Virus record (IMG/VR): IMGVR_UViG_2061766007_000330
DNA from: a virus
Taxonomy: Duplodnaviria > Caudoviricetes
DNA: 64,000 nt
Strand: one strand, 5' to 3'
Under the pieces are notes generated by a model. That model did no database searches. It saw only the letters and a list, made by a program, of their open reading frames with translations, and was not told where the DNA came from. Position 1 is the stretch's first letter; the number at the start of each line of letters is the position of its first letter. Below are positions 21,019 to 30,146 of the stretch, piece after piece. The position numbers were made by a program, and so were the translations under genes.

Positions 21019-24000
21019 TTACATCTGGAAATCCGGAGGTGTTTCTTCGCCGTTGGCATCCATGCTTCCGCCATTGTCGGAACTCAAGGACATGCCACCG
21101 CCTAAGTCACCACCCATTCCTCCGCCCATGTCACTACCAAATCCTCCACCAAATCCGCCCCCGCTACCGAAAGCGTCATTCTGATTACCATTAGCAACCT
21201 TGTCACCAATGTGTTGCTTAATGTCATCCATGCCTTTCTTGTGGTTGATAAGCGAGATCAGCAAGCTCTTGATTTCGCTGGTGCTAATATCTTCAATCTT
21301 TGGTAGTTCATAGTTGGACTGGAATCCAATTCGTTTAATGAAGTCTTCTGCGATTTTGTGTTTGATTTCAGCACGTATCATTGAAAGAACCTGCTGATAA
21401 TCCGACTGGCCGCCTAACAAATCATCAGAATACAACGTTTGAGTAATTTGATCAATCGTGTTCAAATACTCATTGATGTGTTCATAATGGACTTTGTCGA
21501 CGATGATTCGTGGTGGTGGTAATTTCAGATGTGCGTTATTGATAATCTTACGAAGTTTTACACGGCGACTGTCTTTGTTGCGCTTAATTTCTTCTTTAGA
21601 TTCAGGCGCTTTTGTGCGGTCTTTGTTATACTCTTTGTACTTTTCTTTCTTGTCGTTTTTGTCTTTCTCATCTTTGTCTTCGGTCAGTGATTCCGCTTTG
21701 TCATCTGAAGAATCCTTCAGCGATGATGGATCGGGTGCTTCGGTGTCATCTCCGCCTTCGTCTGCTGGAGCGTCTCCTTCGTTGAAGTCTGGTGGATCGT
21801 CGTCATCGCCTCCCTTATCATCAGACTTAGGAGTATCATCAAAATCAGGAGGATTATCATTTTCGTTTTCGTCCTCTTCGTTGTTCTCCGTGTCCGGAGA
21901 ATCGTCGTCTGTCTTTGACTCTGCCTCGAAATCCGGTGGATCATCGGCATCATCTTTCTTTTTCTTTTTTGGGCGATCTTCATCGTCATCATCCATGTTA
22001 AAATTCGGAGGTTCGTCGTCAGCTTCCATAGAAGGATACAGAATATCCTTGAAATCCTTTCGCTGAGACAATCCTTCAGAAGACTTGATTTTTGCGTCTT
22101 CTTTTTTGATTTGCTTTTCTGTTTCGTCCGATTCGTCCAGAATTTGACTGAGACGTTCAATCAACATCGGCGAGTAGCGAATGTATAATTGAATGAACTT
22201 ATCCGAAACACGTTGAACAACACGTTGTTTTCCTTTGATGTTGTTGTTGAAGTAAAGGTTCGTTGATGCAACTGTTGTCGCATACTCTTCTTCACTTGTT
22301 TTGTTTAACGCAGATGCAGGAACTTCAGTGTATTGAATTCCCATTTGGGTGAGTTTCTCTAACAGCTCGCTGTTGGGATCAATAGTTCCATTGGAACGAT
22401 TGTCTGTTTCAATGGAAAAACTATCCTCAGTACCAGGCAATCCTTTTGGAATAATCGTCAATGAACGACTAAGCAAGTCCTTCTGTATGGTGTGTGGATT
22501 ATTGTCCCACCGCATCATTCGCTTTTCAATAAATGCGTTTCGAATTTGATCCAAGAACTGCAACGCATTGGCGTTCTTAGGATCGACGTTTACAGAAATC
22601 GTACGCTGGTTAATGGAGTTTTCTGCACCCGCCATCACCTGTGCAACCATCAGTGTGTTTCGAAGAGCAAAGATTTCACGAGCATCTTCCAGTAATGATT
22701 TGCCAGTACCGTCATCATGATAGTCGAATGCATAATAGACCATCATGGCTGCAGGGACAAATACGATACCACAGCGTTTTTTCATCAAAAGATGCCTAAA
22801 AATAGCTGAAGAAAATGCTTCGTGTTGTTCGATTTTTGAGCCACCCAGTCCATACTCTTCCAGTTTGTGTTCCATTAGGTTTCTAAGCATAACAGAGAAC
22901 ACCTGCATGGTCATTTCAAACCGCTGTGTGTCGTTCGCTGATGAGTGGTTGAACAGCGCCGCTGCGTTGTACCCAAAGGTTGCCTGCATCGTCGCTTCCG
23001 TCAGTTTACGAGGACCGTTTGTTGGACTGTAATCCTGAGTATTGTCAGTTAACGGAGCACCCCATTTATCAACCAAAATAAAATACCCGATGTGATGTTG
23101 AGAATCACCAGGAATGGCGATAGGAACAACACAATGCGATGGAATGGTGACCACCGTCGCCGTGGTGTTCTCTTCTTCAGAATCTGGGTCTGAGTTTACC
23201 ATGTAAACAGGATTCAGTCTATCCTTAAACAGGAAATTGTTTTCAATCTGTTTCCAGATATTCTCGGATTTATCGGAGATTCTGTCTTTTGATTTTTTGA
23301 TGATGCTTGGATCTGCCGTAAAATACACATGATGTGTGTTATCCGACAGTAGCTTGTGAATGCTCTCGGTCAAATCTTTTGTGAAATTATTCACCTTGCT
23401 ACGGTCTCTCATAGACTCAGATTTTGTAATATCACCGTCGACTAATCCGTTGAACTTATTGAATATTTCTTCGGATAATTGAGAGAATTCGTATGACTCG
23501 GTAAATGCTTCATTGGAATAACCGGAAGATTTTAACAGCGGTTCAACATTTGACACACCTTCCAGATTTTCACCGGCATAGATTTTATCAATGCCTGGTT
23601 TGACGTCTCTGGTCCGTTCGGTTGGCTTGATAATTTCTTTCTTCGGGTCTCTACCGTTCATGTACATGTCGGCATCAACGGCTTTGTTAAGAATGTTGAT
23701 GTTTGACTGTGGTAGAATCAAGAGGCAGGTTGCACCCGTACCATAGAGAGAATTCTTCAACCAATCATACAGTTTTGAACCAAGATTGTAGTCGTTATTA
23801 AAGAAATCGGTGAGCTCGTTGGATAGCTTCTGCTCAAGGTCATCACCCAATCCGGTATTTTCTACTGTGATGCTTACAGCTTCTGTCTGTAAGTCGTTCG
23901 GCGACATAATGGATGAGATCATGATTTGTTCGGCTTGCTGAACTTCAGGAGCCAGTAGTCGAAGACACTTTGCTTCTCTAGCCCACGATTCGCTGGCTTG

Positions 24001-24399
24001 TGCGACATTCTGAGAGTAACCAAGAATATCGACATTCAATCCTGACATGGCACGTTCTGCTTCAGACCGTGTAAACGCAGGAAGATGCCGTAACTCCCGA
24101 TAGGTATATTGGGACAGATTAACGTCTTTCTGTTCTTTGAGTTGCGGAATGTCTCCAGGGAATGACACACCAATAAGACGCAAAATACGTTTCAGTGTCC
24201 GAACGTAAAACGGACCAGAATCTTGTATTTTTGCTTTATCCTCGGGTGTTCCTGTACCACCTCCCATTCCTGCGGACATATCCATTCCACCACCCATATC
24301 TGATTGTCCAGATGCTTGGGCGCTGAAATCTGGAGGTGGTGTGTCGGCACCACTGTCTGTTCCCGACGACAGCATAGGATCATTGTTTTCTTCTGACAT
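21019..24399 (-). CDS. Portal protein, phiKZ gp129-like, with acidic low-complexity extensions
   Basis: LLAPEVQQAEQIMISSIMSPNDL, VVPIAIPG...HIGYFILVD, YYAFDY..DGTGKSLLE motifs; divergent from the gp128/gp127-like pair. Confidence 0.75.
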   Translation of the reverse strand: MSEENNDPMLSSGTDSGADTPPPDFSAQASGQSDMGGGMDMSAGMGGGTGTPEDKAKIQDSGPFYVRTLKRILRLIGVSFPGDIPQLKEQKDVNLSQYTYRELRHLPAFTRSEAERAMSGLNVDILGYSQNVAQASESWAREAKCLRLLAPEVQQAEQIMISSIMSPNDLQTEAVSITVENTGLGDDLEQKLSNELTDFFNNDYNLGSKLYDWLKNSLYGTGATCLLILPQSNINILNKAVDADMYMNGRDPKKEIIKPTERTRDVKPGIDKIYAGENLEGVSNVEPLLKSSGYSNEAFTESYEFSQLSEEIFNKFNGLVDGDITKSESMRDRSKVNNFTKDLTESIHKLLSDNTHHVYFTADPSIIKKSKDRISDKSENIWKQIENNFLFKDRLNPVYMVNSDPDSEEENTTATVVTIPSHCVVPIAIPGDSQHHIGYFILVDKWGAPLTDNTQDYSPTNGPRKLTEATMQATFGYNAAALFNHSSANDTQRFEMTMQVFSVMLRNLMEHKLEEYGLGGSKIEQHEAFSSAIFRHLLMKKRCGIVFVPAAMMVYYAFDYHDDGTGKSLLEDAREIFALRNTLMVAQVMAGAENSINQRTISVNVDPKNANALQFLDQIRNAFIEKRMMRWDNNPHTIQKDLLSRSLTIIPKGLPGTEDSFSIETDNRSNGTIDPNSELLEKLTQMGIQYTEVPASALNKTSEEEYATTVASTNLYFNNNIKGKQRVVQRVSDKFIQLYIRYSPMLIERLSQILDESDETEKQIKKEDAKIKSSEGLSQRKDFKDILYPSMEADDEPPNFNMDDDDEDRPKKKKKDDADDPPDFEAESKTDDDSPDTENNEEDENENDNPPDFDDTPKSDDKGGDDDDPPDFNEGDAPADEGGDDTEAPDPSSLKDSSDDKAESLTEDKDEKDKNDKKEKYKEYNKDRTKAPESKEEIKRNKDSRRVKLRKIINNAHLKLPPPRIIVDKVHYEHINEYLNTIDQITQTLYSDDLLGGQSDYQQVLSMIRAEIKHKIAEDFIKRIGFQSNYELPKIEDISTSEIKSLLISLINHKKGMDDIKQHIGDKVANGNQNDAFGSGGGFGGGFGSDMGGGMGGDLGGGMSLSSDNGGSMDANGEETPPDFQM

Positions 24400-24482
24400 A
24401 GAAATTTTCCTTACTAAATAAGTTAGTCTGGCATTTTATAACAACTTTCAGGTATATCTCTGACAAGGAGACTTATATCACC

Positions 24483-26777
24483 ATGCTTGATGACAAACAC
24501 TATGTGAAAGAGATAATTGATTTCCTAAGAACGTGTACAATATTTAACACGTTCTTGGCTCGGCAGATGCTGGTTAACTGGCTTCGCACAGAATATATCA
24601 GCACTCTAAAACCGTATATGCATCCGTATTATCGAAATCTTAAAGGAGACTATATCCTTAAGGATCTGTCTGTTCTTGAGAAAGAATACGGCATTTATAA
24701 AAACGAATTGAACCAAGCCAAATACGAAGAGCTACTTAGAAAGTATCGTATCAACGAATTGGCTAAAGAATATGGTTTAACAACAACAACGCGTTTTGGA
24801 TCCTACGAGATGCCAAACGCGAAGATTTATATGCGTTTCAATACGCCTATAATGGTGAGGTCTTACGACAAAAACACAGACCATAAGATTCCACTGACAC
24901 GAGCAGTGGTTGAAAGCGGAAAGTACCCAAGAACTATTGCGGCTTATAGGATACCAAACGAGGGTTATTATCAACTGTGTGCGGAATACCCAAACAACGT
25001 TGACATGATCAAAGCAGTTCTGTATCCGATTAAAGAAGACTATGACGATCTTGAAAACTGTAAGAATCTTCAGTTTCTAAATTGTGACATGAATCTGCTG
25101 GAAGAACAGGAACGTAATTCTTTCCAACAGACAATCTCAGAAACACTGGAATACATTCTAGACAGGTGGACAATTAAAGAATTCACGTTCGAAGATTTGT
25201 ACAGCTGTGCTCATCAGAATCTCGTTTGGCTACACTTGTTCATGGCGTTGTTCTATTGCAGAATCAACAACATTCGAACACACTCGGCACATTCTTATCA
25301 TGTTTCTGCGTATTTGAAGTCTCATGGTCTGGACGATTATTCAAGTGTATTAACGACAAAGCAAATGATGTTTCTCTACAGGAACATTGATTATATCAAC
25401 AAAATTAAAGGTACCGCACGAGCATTTGACATTCTTAACTGGGGGTTGTTCCATGAGAACGGCATGAGAATGACAAACAAAATGCTGGTACAGGATATTG
25501 TCAATGTTGTCTCCGACTGCAAAACTTCTCCTTATGTCGTTGCATCCGATGTCGGAAAAGAAATGTTTGAAGCATTGCAACAACATCCTGACGCGTCTTA
25601 CATGGAGAAAATTGAAATCGTAGATCGCACAGCTGGTGTCGAAAGTGACAATACTGTTTCTGAGGTCGACAACGGTTCTATCGAATCGTTAGCAAATTTG
25701 TATGAAAAGGAACGGACAGCGAAACTTGAATACCAGGAAGAAGGAATGTTTAGAAAATCCACTGGTATTCAGACAAAGAAGTTCGAGTATATGCCACGGA
25801 CATGGGTTCGTACAAAACTTATTGAAATTGCTACACGACACGGATTGTCACCAGAAGAATATTGGGGATTGATCTATCTGACGAACGCTACGTTCTACAG
25901 GGCATCGCTGGACGGATTGAAATTCAATGTGACAATTTCACCTCCTGATACATCGTATTCCGAAACGATTACAGCTAATGAAGCAATTGCGTTGGCGTTG
26001 TATTGTGTTCAGAGAATCTACGGAATGACACCCAGTGAGAAGCCAATAGACAGGGCGCGTCTTGCGTTTGCTTATTGTGCAGAAGATCGTAAAATACCAA
26101 AGACATTTACATGTGCGACAAATCGATGGCTGTCTGAGTTTTTCCTAACAGAATACGGAAAGACATCGTGGCCGCATCATTCCGAAGAGTTCTACACATC
26201 CGATAGTTGGTCATTGGCGGCAGACAACGAAGTCTGTCACTTTGTGAAAGTCTATCAGGAATGCAAAGATTCTGGAGCGGCGTATCAAACAGACTTAGCG
26301 AGTTACATTGATTCGACGCATTGCATCGATGGTGTGTATCCGTTGGATTTATTGGAAGGCAATACATACGAGCAATTCTTCAACAAAAATCAGTTTCTGC
26401 AATTGACAATTATCGCTTATGAATCATATCCTGAGAAAACTATTGCTCGGTATGAAAAGTTGTTATCGGAAATAGTTCATGCACTGTTCCCGAAGATGAC
26501 ATTCCTGGCGTCGATTCTAGACGGCAATTTGGATGAACGCAGGAAAAAAATAAAAGAGCTTCTAATTTCTCTTTGCAGTTACAATATCGCCTTTATCGAG
26601 TCTCCATTCTCCAGTGGATTCGTTGGAACATTATCCAATGGTACGGTGACGGTTTCGAAGCGTATTATCAAACGTCGAATGATTATCGACATCGACACAG
26701 TAGACATTCGTACAATACGGACGTATGGTCACGAAGTACTGGTTACGGAAGCGCCTTATCACATTAACACTTATTAA
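24483..26777 (+). CDS. Virion structural protein, phiKZ gp128-like
   Basis: AHSYHV..YLKSHGL, LT.KQ..FLYRNI.YI...KG, TKLIE, LCSYNI.F motifs; AAGGAG RBS. Confidence 0.7.
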   Translation: MLDDKHYVKEIIDFLRTCTIFNTFLARQMLVNWLRTEYISTLKPYMHPYYRNLKGDYILKDLSVLEKEYGIYKNELNQAKYEELLRKYRINELAKEYGLTTTTRFGSYEMPNAKIYMRFNTPIMVRSYDKNTDHKIPLTRAVVESGKYPRTIAAYRIPNEGYYQLCAEYPNNVDMIKAVLYPIKEDYDDLENCKNLQFLNCDMNLLEEQERNSFQQTISETLEYILDRWTIKEFTFEDLYSCAHQNLVWLHLFMALFYCRINNIRTHSAHSYHVSAYLKSHGLDDYSSVLTTKQMMFLYRNIDYINKIKGTARAFDILNWGLFHENGMRMTNKMLVQDIVNVVSDCKTSPYVVASDVGKEMFEALQQHPDASYMEKIEIVDRTAGVESDNTVSEVDNGSIESLANLYEKERTAKLEYQEEGMFRKSTGIQTKKFEYMPRTWVRTKLIEIATRHGLSPEEYWGLIYLTNATFYRASLDGLKFNVTISPPDTSYSETITANEAIALALYCVQRIYGMTPSEKPIDRARLAFAYCAEDRKIPKTFTCATNRWLSEFFLTEYGKTSWPHHSEEFYTSDSWSLAADNEVCHFVKVYQECKDSGAAYQTDLASYIDSTHCIDGVYPLDLLEGNTYEQFFNKNQFLQLTIIAYESYPEKTIARYEKLLSEIVHALFPKMTFLASILDGNLDERRKKIKELLISLCSYNIAFIESPFSSGFVGTLSNGTVTVSKRIIKRRMIIDIDTVDIRTIRTYGHEVLVTEAPYHINTY

Positions 26778-26791
26778 ATAAAAGGACAATC

Positions 26792-27673
26792 ATGTCAGAC
26801 ACTATTTTTAGAACTACAGGAACTGTAACCACCTTATTGGGTATTTACAATCAGTTCCATACGGCTGTCGGTCTTCAGTATACGTTGTATCCACAGACGA
26901 CGTTGGATGCCAAATACGGATTACACGAAAACGCCATCAATAGCCCTGGATCATTACCGATGTTGCGTTATGCCGGTATTGGTGTTCGTGGTTATCAGAA
27001 CACAGACAACCAGCAAGGCGCACAGCCTTATATGCCTGCGGCAACTAATATGGATTTGTATACGCCGATTCCTTTCCGTGTTCGTCCGATTGACAACGAC
27101 CTGACCATGACTGAACGAGTAAATTATCGGTTCCGTGAAGTCCGTGAGATCGGCGGTCAAGAGTATGCGCTTTATTGGCTGAAGCTTATCGAATTCAATC
27201 CAAAAACCGTGAACTTTATTCGTAAAGACGCTGAAGATATCGAGTCTCCGTTTACGCTAGATCCGTCGTATCTGTCACCAGAGCCTCCAGATATGGATGT
27301 CGGTGGTACGGCAGAAACCAACCAGAACCGTGTGATTGTTCGTGCTACAGGTCACGTCATTGTGACCGGTGCTGAAATTGCAGAGGTCTCTACCTACTAC
27401 AGAGACAAGAACGGTAACTCTTACGGTACACGTATTTCCGAGTATGGTTTCTATACAGGATGTGAATATTGGGTGGATGAGACCGGTAAGCTGATTGGCG
27501 ATTGCTTGACTACGGACAAACCTGCCATTTACGAAGGACGTGAAGGCGTCAAGGAATCCGTGTATGTTCAACTGGCAAAGCATCAGTGCACGCTCGGCGA
27601 TGATTTGTCTGAAGAACACTCGTCCGTGAATGTCGAAGTGAATTTCGAAGCATCGAACTTCTTGGCCATTTAA
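26792..27673 (+). CDS. Virion structural protein, phiKZ gp127-like
   Basis: TTLDAKYG, LRYAGIG, LYTPIPFRVRPIDNDL...R..YR, YWLK.I, ISE.G..TG motifs. Confidence 0.7.
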   Translation: MSDTIFRTTGTVTTLLGIYNQFHTAVGLQYTLYPQTTLDAKYGLHENAINSPGSLPMLRYAGIGVRGYQNTDNQQGAQPYMPAATNMDLYTPIPFRVRPIDNDLTMTERVNYRFREVREIGGQEYALYWLKLIEFNPKTVNFIRKDAEDIESPFTLDPSYLSPEPPDMDVGGTAETNQNRVIVRATGHVIVTGAEIAEVSTYYRDKNGNSYGTRISEYGFYTGCEYWVDETGKLIGDCLTTDKPAIYEGREGVKESVYVQLAKHQCTLGDDLSEEHSSVNVEVNFEASNFLAI

Positions 27674-27729
27674 AGAAAAAAAGAAGATCCGCGAGACAGG
27701 TAGCGAGCCTGCTTCTGGTCTTCTTTTTC
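27674..27729. terminator. Imperfect bidirectional hairpin with flanking A/T runs
   Basis: GAAAAAAAGAAGA...CAGG tagcgag CCTG...TCTTCTTTTTC between convergent genes. Confidence 0.55.
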
Positions 27730-27739
27730 GGGCTGGCCC

Positions 27740-28024
27740 TCATTCCAAGTTGTCACCTGGAAAGACGACCCCGAGTCCCCTCAGAAACGCCTGATCCATG
27801 ATCAGGTTTAAGAGGGCGACTCGGTGACGGTTCCAGTCTACCAAGTAGACTGACCCCGTACGGGTCGTGAGGAACAGACCCTCGGTGCCCAACGTCGCGG
27901 ATACAACGTCAGTCGAGTTACCGACGCTGTGCTCCGTGGGTTGGGAACCATCACCATAAAACTTAATTTGGTGGTGGTGCTCTGTTAAGAGCCACCATTG
28001 GGTCCTCATGTCCTTTATGGCCAT
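27740..28024 (-). CDS. Small early hypothetical protein
   Basis: ATG 28024 after GGAGGA; TRTGSVY.L motif common in small phage proteins; has its own early promoter. Confidence 0.7.
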   Translation of the reverse strand: MAIKDMRTQWWLLTEHHHQIKFYGDGSQPTEHSVGNSTDVVSATLGTEGLFLTTRTGSVYLVDWNRHRVALLNLIMDQAFLRGLGVVFPGDNLE

Positions 28025-28075
28025 GATTCCTCCCATTGGTTGTGGGTTGCGCGTACACTATACATACGCTACGTT

Positions 28076-28083
28076 GGAATATA
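28076..28083 (-). promoter_or_regulatory. Putative vRNAP early promoter TATATTCC
   Basis: Variant of the phiKZ early consensus TATATTAC, preceded by a T-run, about 50 nt above the 28024 start. Confidence 0.6.
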
Positions 28084-28088
28084 GTCAC

Positions 28089-28128
28089 AAAAAAAATGCA
28101 TCGACACTCCTGATGGAGTGTCGATGCA
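28089..28128 (-). terminator. Intrinsic terminator
   Basis: TGCATCGACACTCC-4nt-GGAGTGTCGATGCA followed by a T-run on the minus strand. Confidence 0.85.
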
Positions 28129-28293
28129 ATTGATACATTTTGTTTATGTTTGCTAATTCGTCTAGCTAGAAAAAAATGAGGAGAATAGCGCTGTGGATTT
28201 TTACTAGAATATCTCACACCGCCTCTCCTCGCTCGTTTTTACACCCGTTGGTTCCTTACGGATGCAGCGCTCGCTTCTTTTGGGAGACTCGTT

Positions 28294-28518
28294 TTAGGCC
28301 AGTGCGCATAGGCCATTTTCTAGTATCAAACGAGCCGTCTGTTTCCCATCTCCTATAAAGGCCAGGTTGTCGCAATCCAGACACACTATCTGAATCGTAT
28401 CACTGTACGTATCGTCATACGTGCGACGTTTCGGTTCGAGGCAAAACAGACACCACCAAGAACCTACTTGTGCGTACCTAGCATTAATGGAATATATAGG
28501 TTTAAAATTATCATTCAC
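28294..28518 (-). CDS. Small putative zinc-ribbon protein
   Basis: CLFC and CLDC pairs; GTGA overlap with the upstream gene. Confidence 0.45.
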   Translation of the reverse strand: MNDNFKPIYSINARYAQVGSWWCLFCLEPKRRTYDDTYSDTIQIVCLDCDNLAFIGDGKQTARLILENGLCALA

Positions 28519-29303
28519 ACCGTTTCTTTCTTGATTGGTTTCGTGCCTTGAAAATTCGAATATTTCATTACGTCGTTGGACGTATCAAGAATTGCAATCT
28601 TTATATTGTTGTTTACATGATAATGTGCATAAATAGTGTAATTCTTTTCTGGGAAATAACGACTTGATCCTTTTAATGTAAGCACACCAATATAATCAGG
28701 ACCTGCTGAATTAAATACGGGTTTTTCACTAGATAACAAATAGTTCTTGTGGGATAAATAGTTAACTGTAGCTTTGTATAAAATTTGTTCGCAAAACCTG
28801 CGTCTATCCTCGTTTGAACTTTCTTCATATTTCTGACGAGCTTCGTTGTAATTATCCGTTAGAAATTCAGATATAGCTACGTGTATACACGTTTCCATAT
28901 ATTGACTTTTCGGAAGAGTTTCATAGGAGATAAGTTTAGCAGGTCCTAACTCTCCACGATCTATCATTTCGTGCATTTGTTTAGAATCACACATACACCG
29001 ATCTAAAAGATTAAGAACACTACCAGGTATTCGTCTGGATCCGTTATAACTTACAGATAATTTTTCGCACGTCAATTGACCACACGGAAGATACAAAATC
29101 ATCTGAGTTGTTTCACTTTTGTGCACGACACTCACGACGTCTGCCAAGTTGTTTATTTTCTGAATAACACCATTTACATCTACAGAAAAGAATCCATACT
29201 TATCCTCAAATTCACAATTGTTGTCCTCTAACATCTTAACGTATTCTGTCACGAATCTGTCTATGAGATCCTTATCCAACAGTTTACCTTTGATTTTAAT
29301 CAT
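28515..29303 (-). CDS. Hypothetical protein, tandem paralog B
   Basis: Shares MIKI.G, YGF, TQM.LYLPCGQLT, Y.GS.R.P and SN.QGT with 29300..30061. Confidence 0.75.
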   Translation of the reverse strand: MIKIKGKLLDKDLIDRFVTEYVKMLEDNNCEFEDKYGFFSVDVNGVIQKINNLADVVSVVHKSETTQMILYLPCGQLTCEKLSVSYNGSRRIPGSVLNLLDRCMCDSKQMHEMIDRGELGPAKLISYETLPKSQYMETCIHVAISEFLTDNYNEARQKYEESSNEDRRRFCEQILYKATVNYLSHKNYLLSSEKPVFNSAGPDYIGVLTLKGSSRYFPEKNYTIYAHYHVNNNIKIAILDTSNDVMKYSNFQGTKPIKKETV

Positions 29304-30061
29304 TTTGTAACCTCCTTCATTTCAACGGTTCCTTGCGTATTTGAACGTATAACAATATCATCAGACGCATCATAGATAAATATTTTTACCATCGAACCAG
29401 TAGGAAACGTATGTGACTCAAATTCATGGTTTGGGTTGTCATCTGACACTAAGTTGCAATACAGTACCTTGATATACTCATTTTCAAATTCGAGCCTACA
29501 GTTTTTTATTGTGTAGTTTAATCGTGCTAGAACTCTCGCTGTTATTAGTTTCAACAGTCGTTCTGCTTGTTCACTTGCAACAGAAGTAATCGATTCTATG
29601 GTGTCTTGTTTCGTCACAGATTCGGACCATTTACGCAAGCATGCACGTGCAATATCCATATGGTTTATCACTGCTTCGGTCGTTTTAAGCAAAAATTTAC
29701 AAGTGCCAATTTCGTACATGAGGTCACGTTGCTTATTGTTTAGATTTTCGTATTTTAGATTATTCAAAATTTGAGGAACGACATACGGAACACGTTTGCT
29801 TCCTTCGTATACAACCTTTTGTTCGCGTTCATCATAGGTTAATTGACCGCACGGTAAATACAACATCATCTGAGTAAAAATTTTGTTATCGGTACATGTC
29901 AGGTTTACAAGCTTATGTACTGTTTTTTCTTCGTCTGTCATATAAAATCCATACTCGCCGTCAAACTTTCGATGACTATCTCTTAGCAAGCAATAATATT
30001 CGAAAAGCGGATCAAACACCTGCTTCTGAGGATTGTCTACGCGTCCTTCTATTTTAATCAT
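29300..30061 (-). CDS. Hypothetical protein, tandem paralog A
   Basis: As above; GAGGAG RBS; early promoter upstream. Confidence 0.75.
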   Translation of the reverse strand: MIKIEGRVDNPQKQVFDPLFEYYCLLRDSHRKFDGEYGFYMTDEEKTVHKLVNLTCTDNKIFTQMMLYLPCGQLTYDEREQKVVYEGSKRVPYVVPQILNNLKYENLNNKQRDLMYEIGTCKFLLKTTEAVINHMDIARACLRKWSESVTKQDTIESITSVASEQAERLLKLITARVLARLNYTIKNCRLEFENEYIKVLYCNLVSDDNPNHEFESHTFPTGSMVKIFIYDASDDIVIRSNTQGTVEMKEVTK

Positions 30062-30090
30062 AATCCATTGACTCCTCTTTAATTACGGGT

Positions 30091-30143
30091 TAAAAAAACA
30101 ATCACAGAGCAGGCTTATTAGACCTGCTCTGTGATGTAATATA
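30091..30143 (-). promoter_or_regulatory. Early promoter TATATTAC (30136-30143) abutting a terminator hairpin (30102-30135)
   Basis: Exact phiKZ early consensus, then ATCACAGAGCAGG...CCTGCTCTGTGAT and a T-run. Confidence 0.7.
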
Positions 30144-30146
30144 CAG

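Noticed and set aside
21494-22160. Ser-rich 190-aa and 147-aa alternative ORFs
   Set aside because: Antisense and off-frame readings of the acidic portal insertion.
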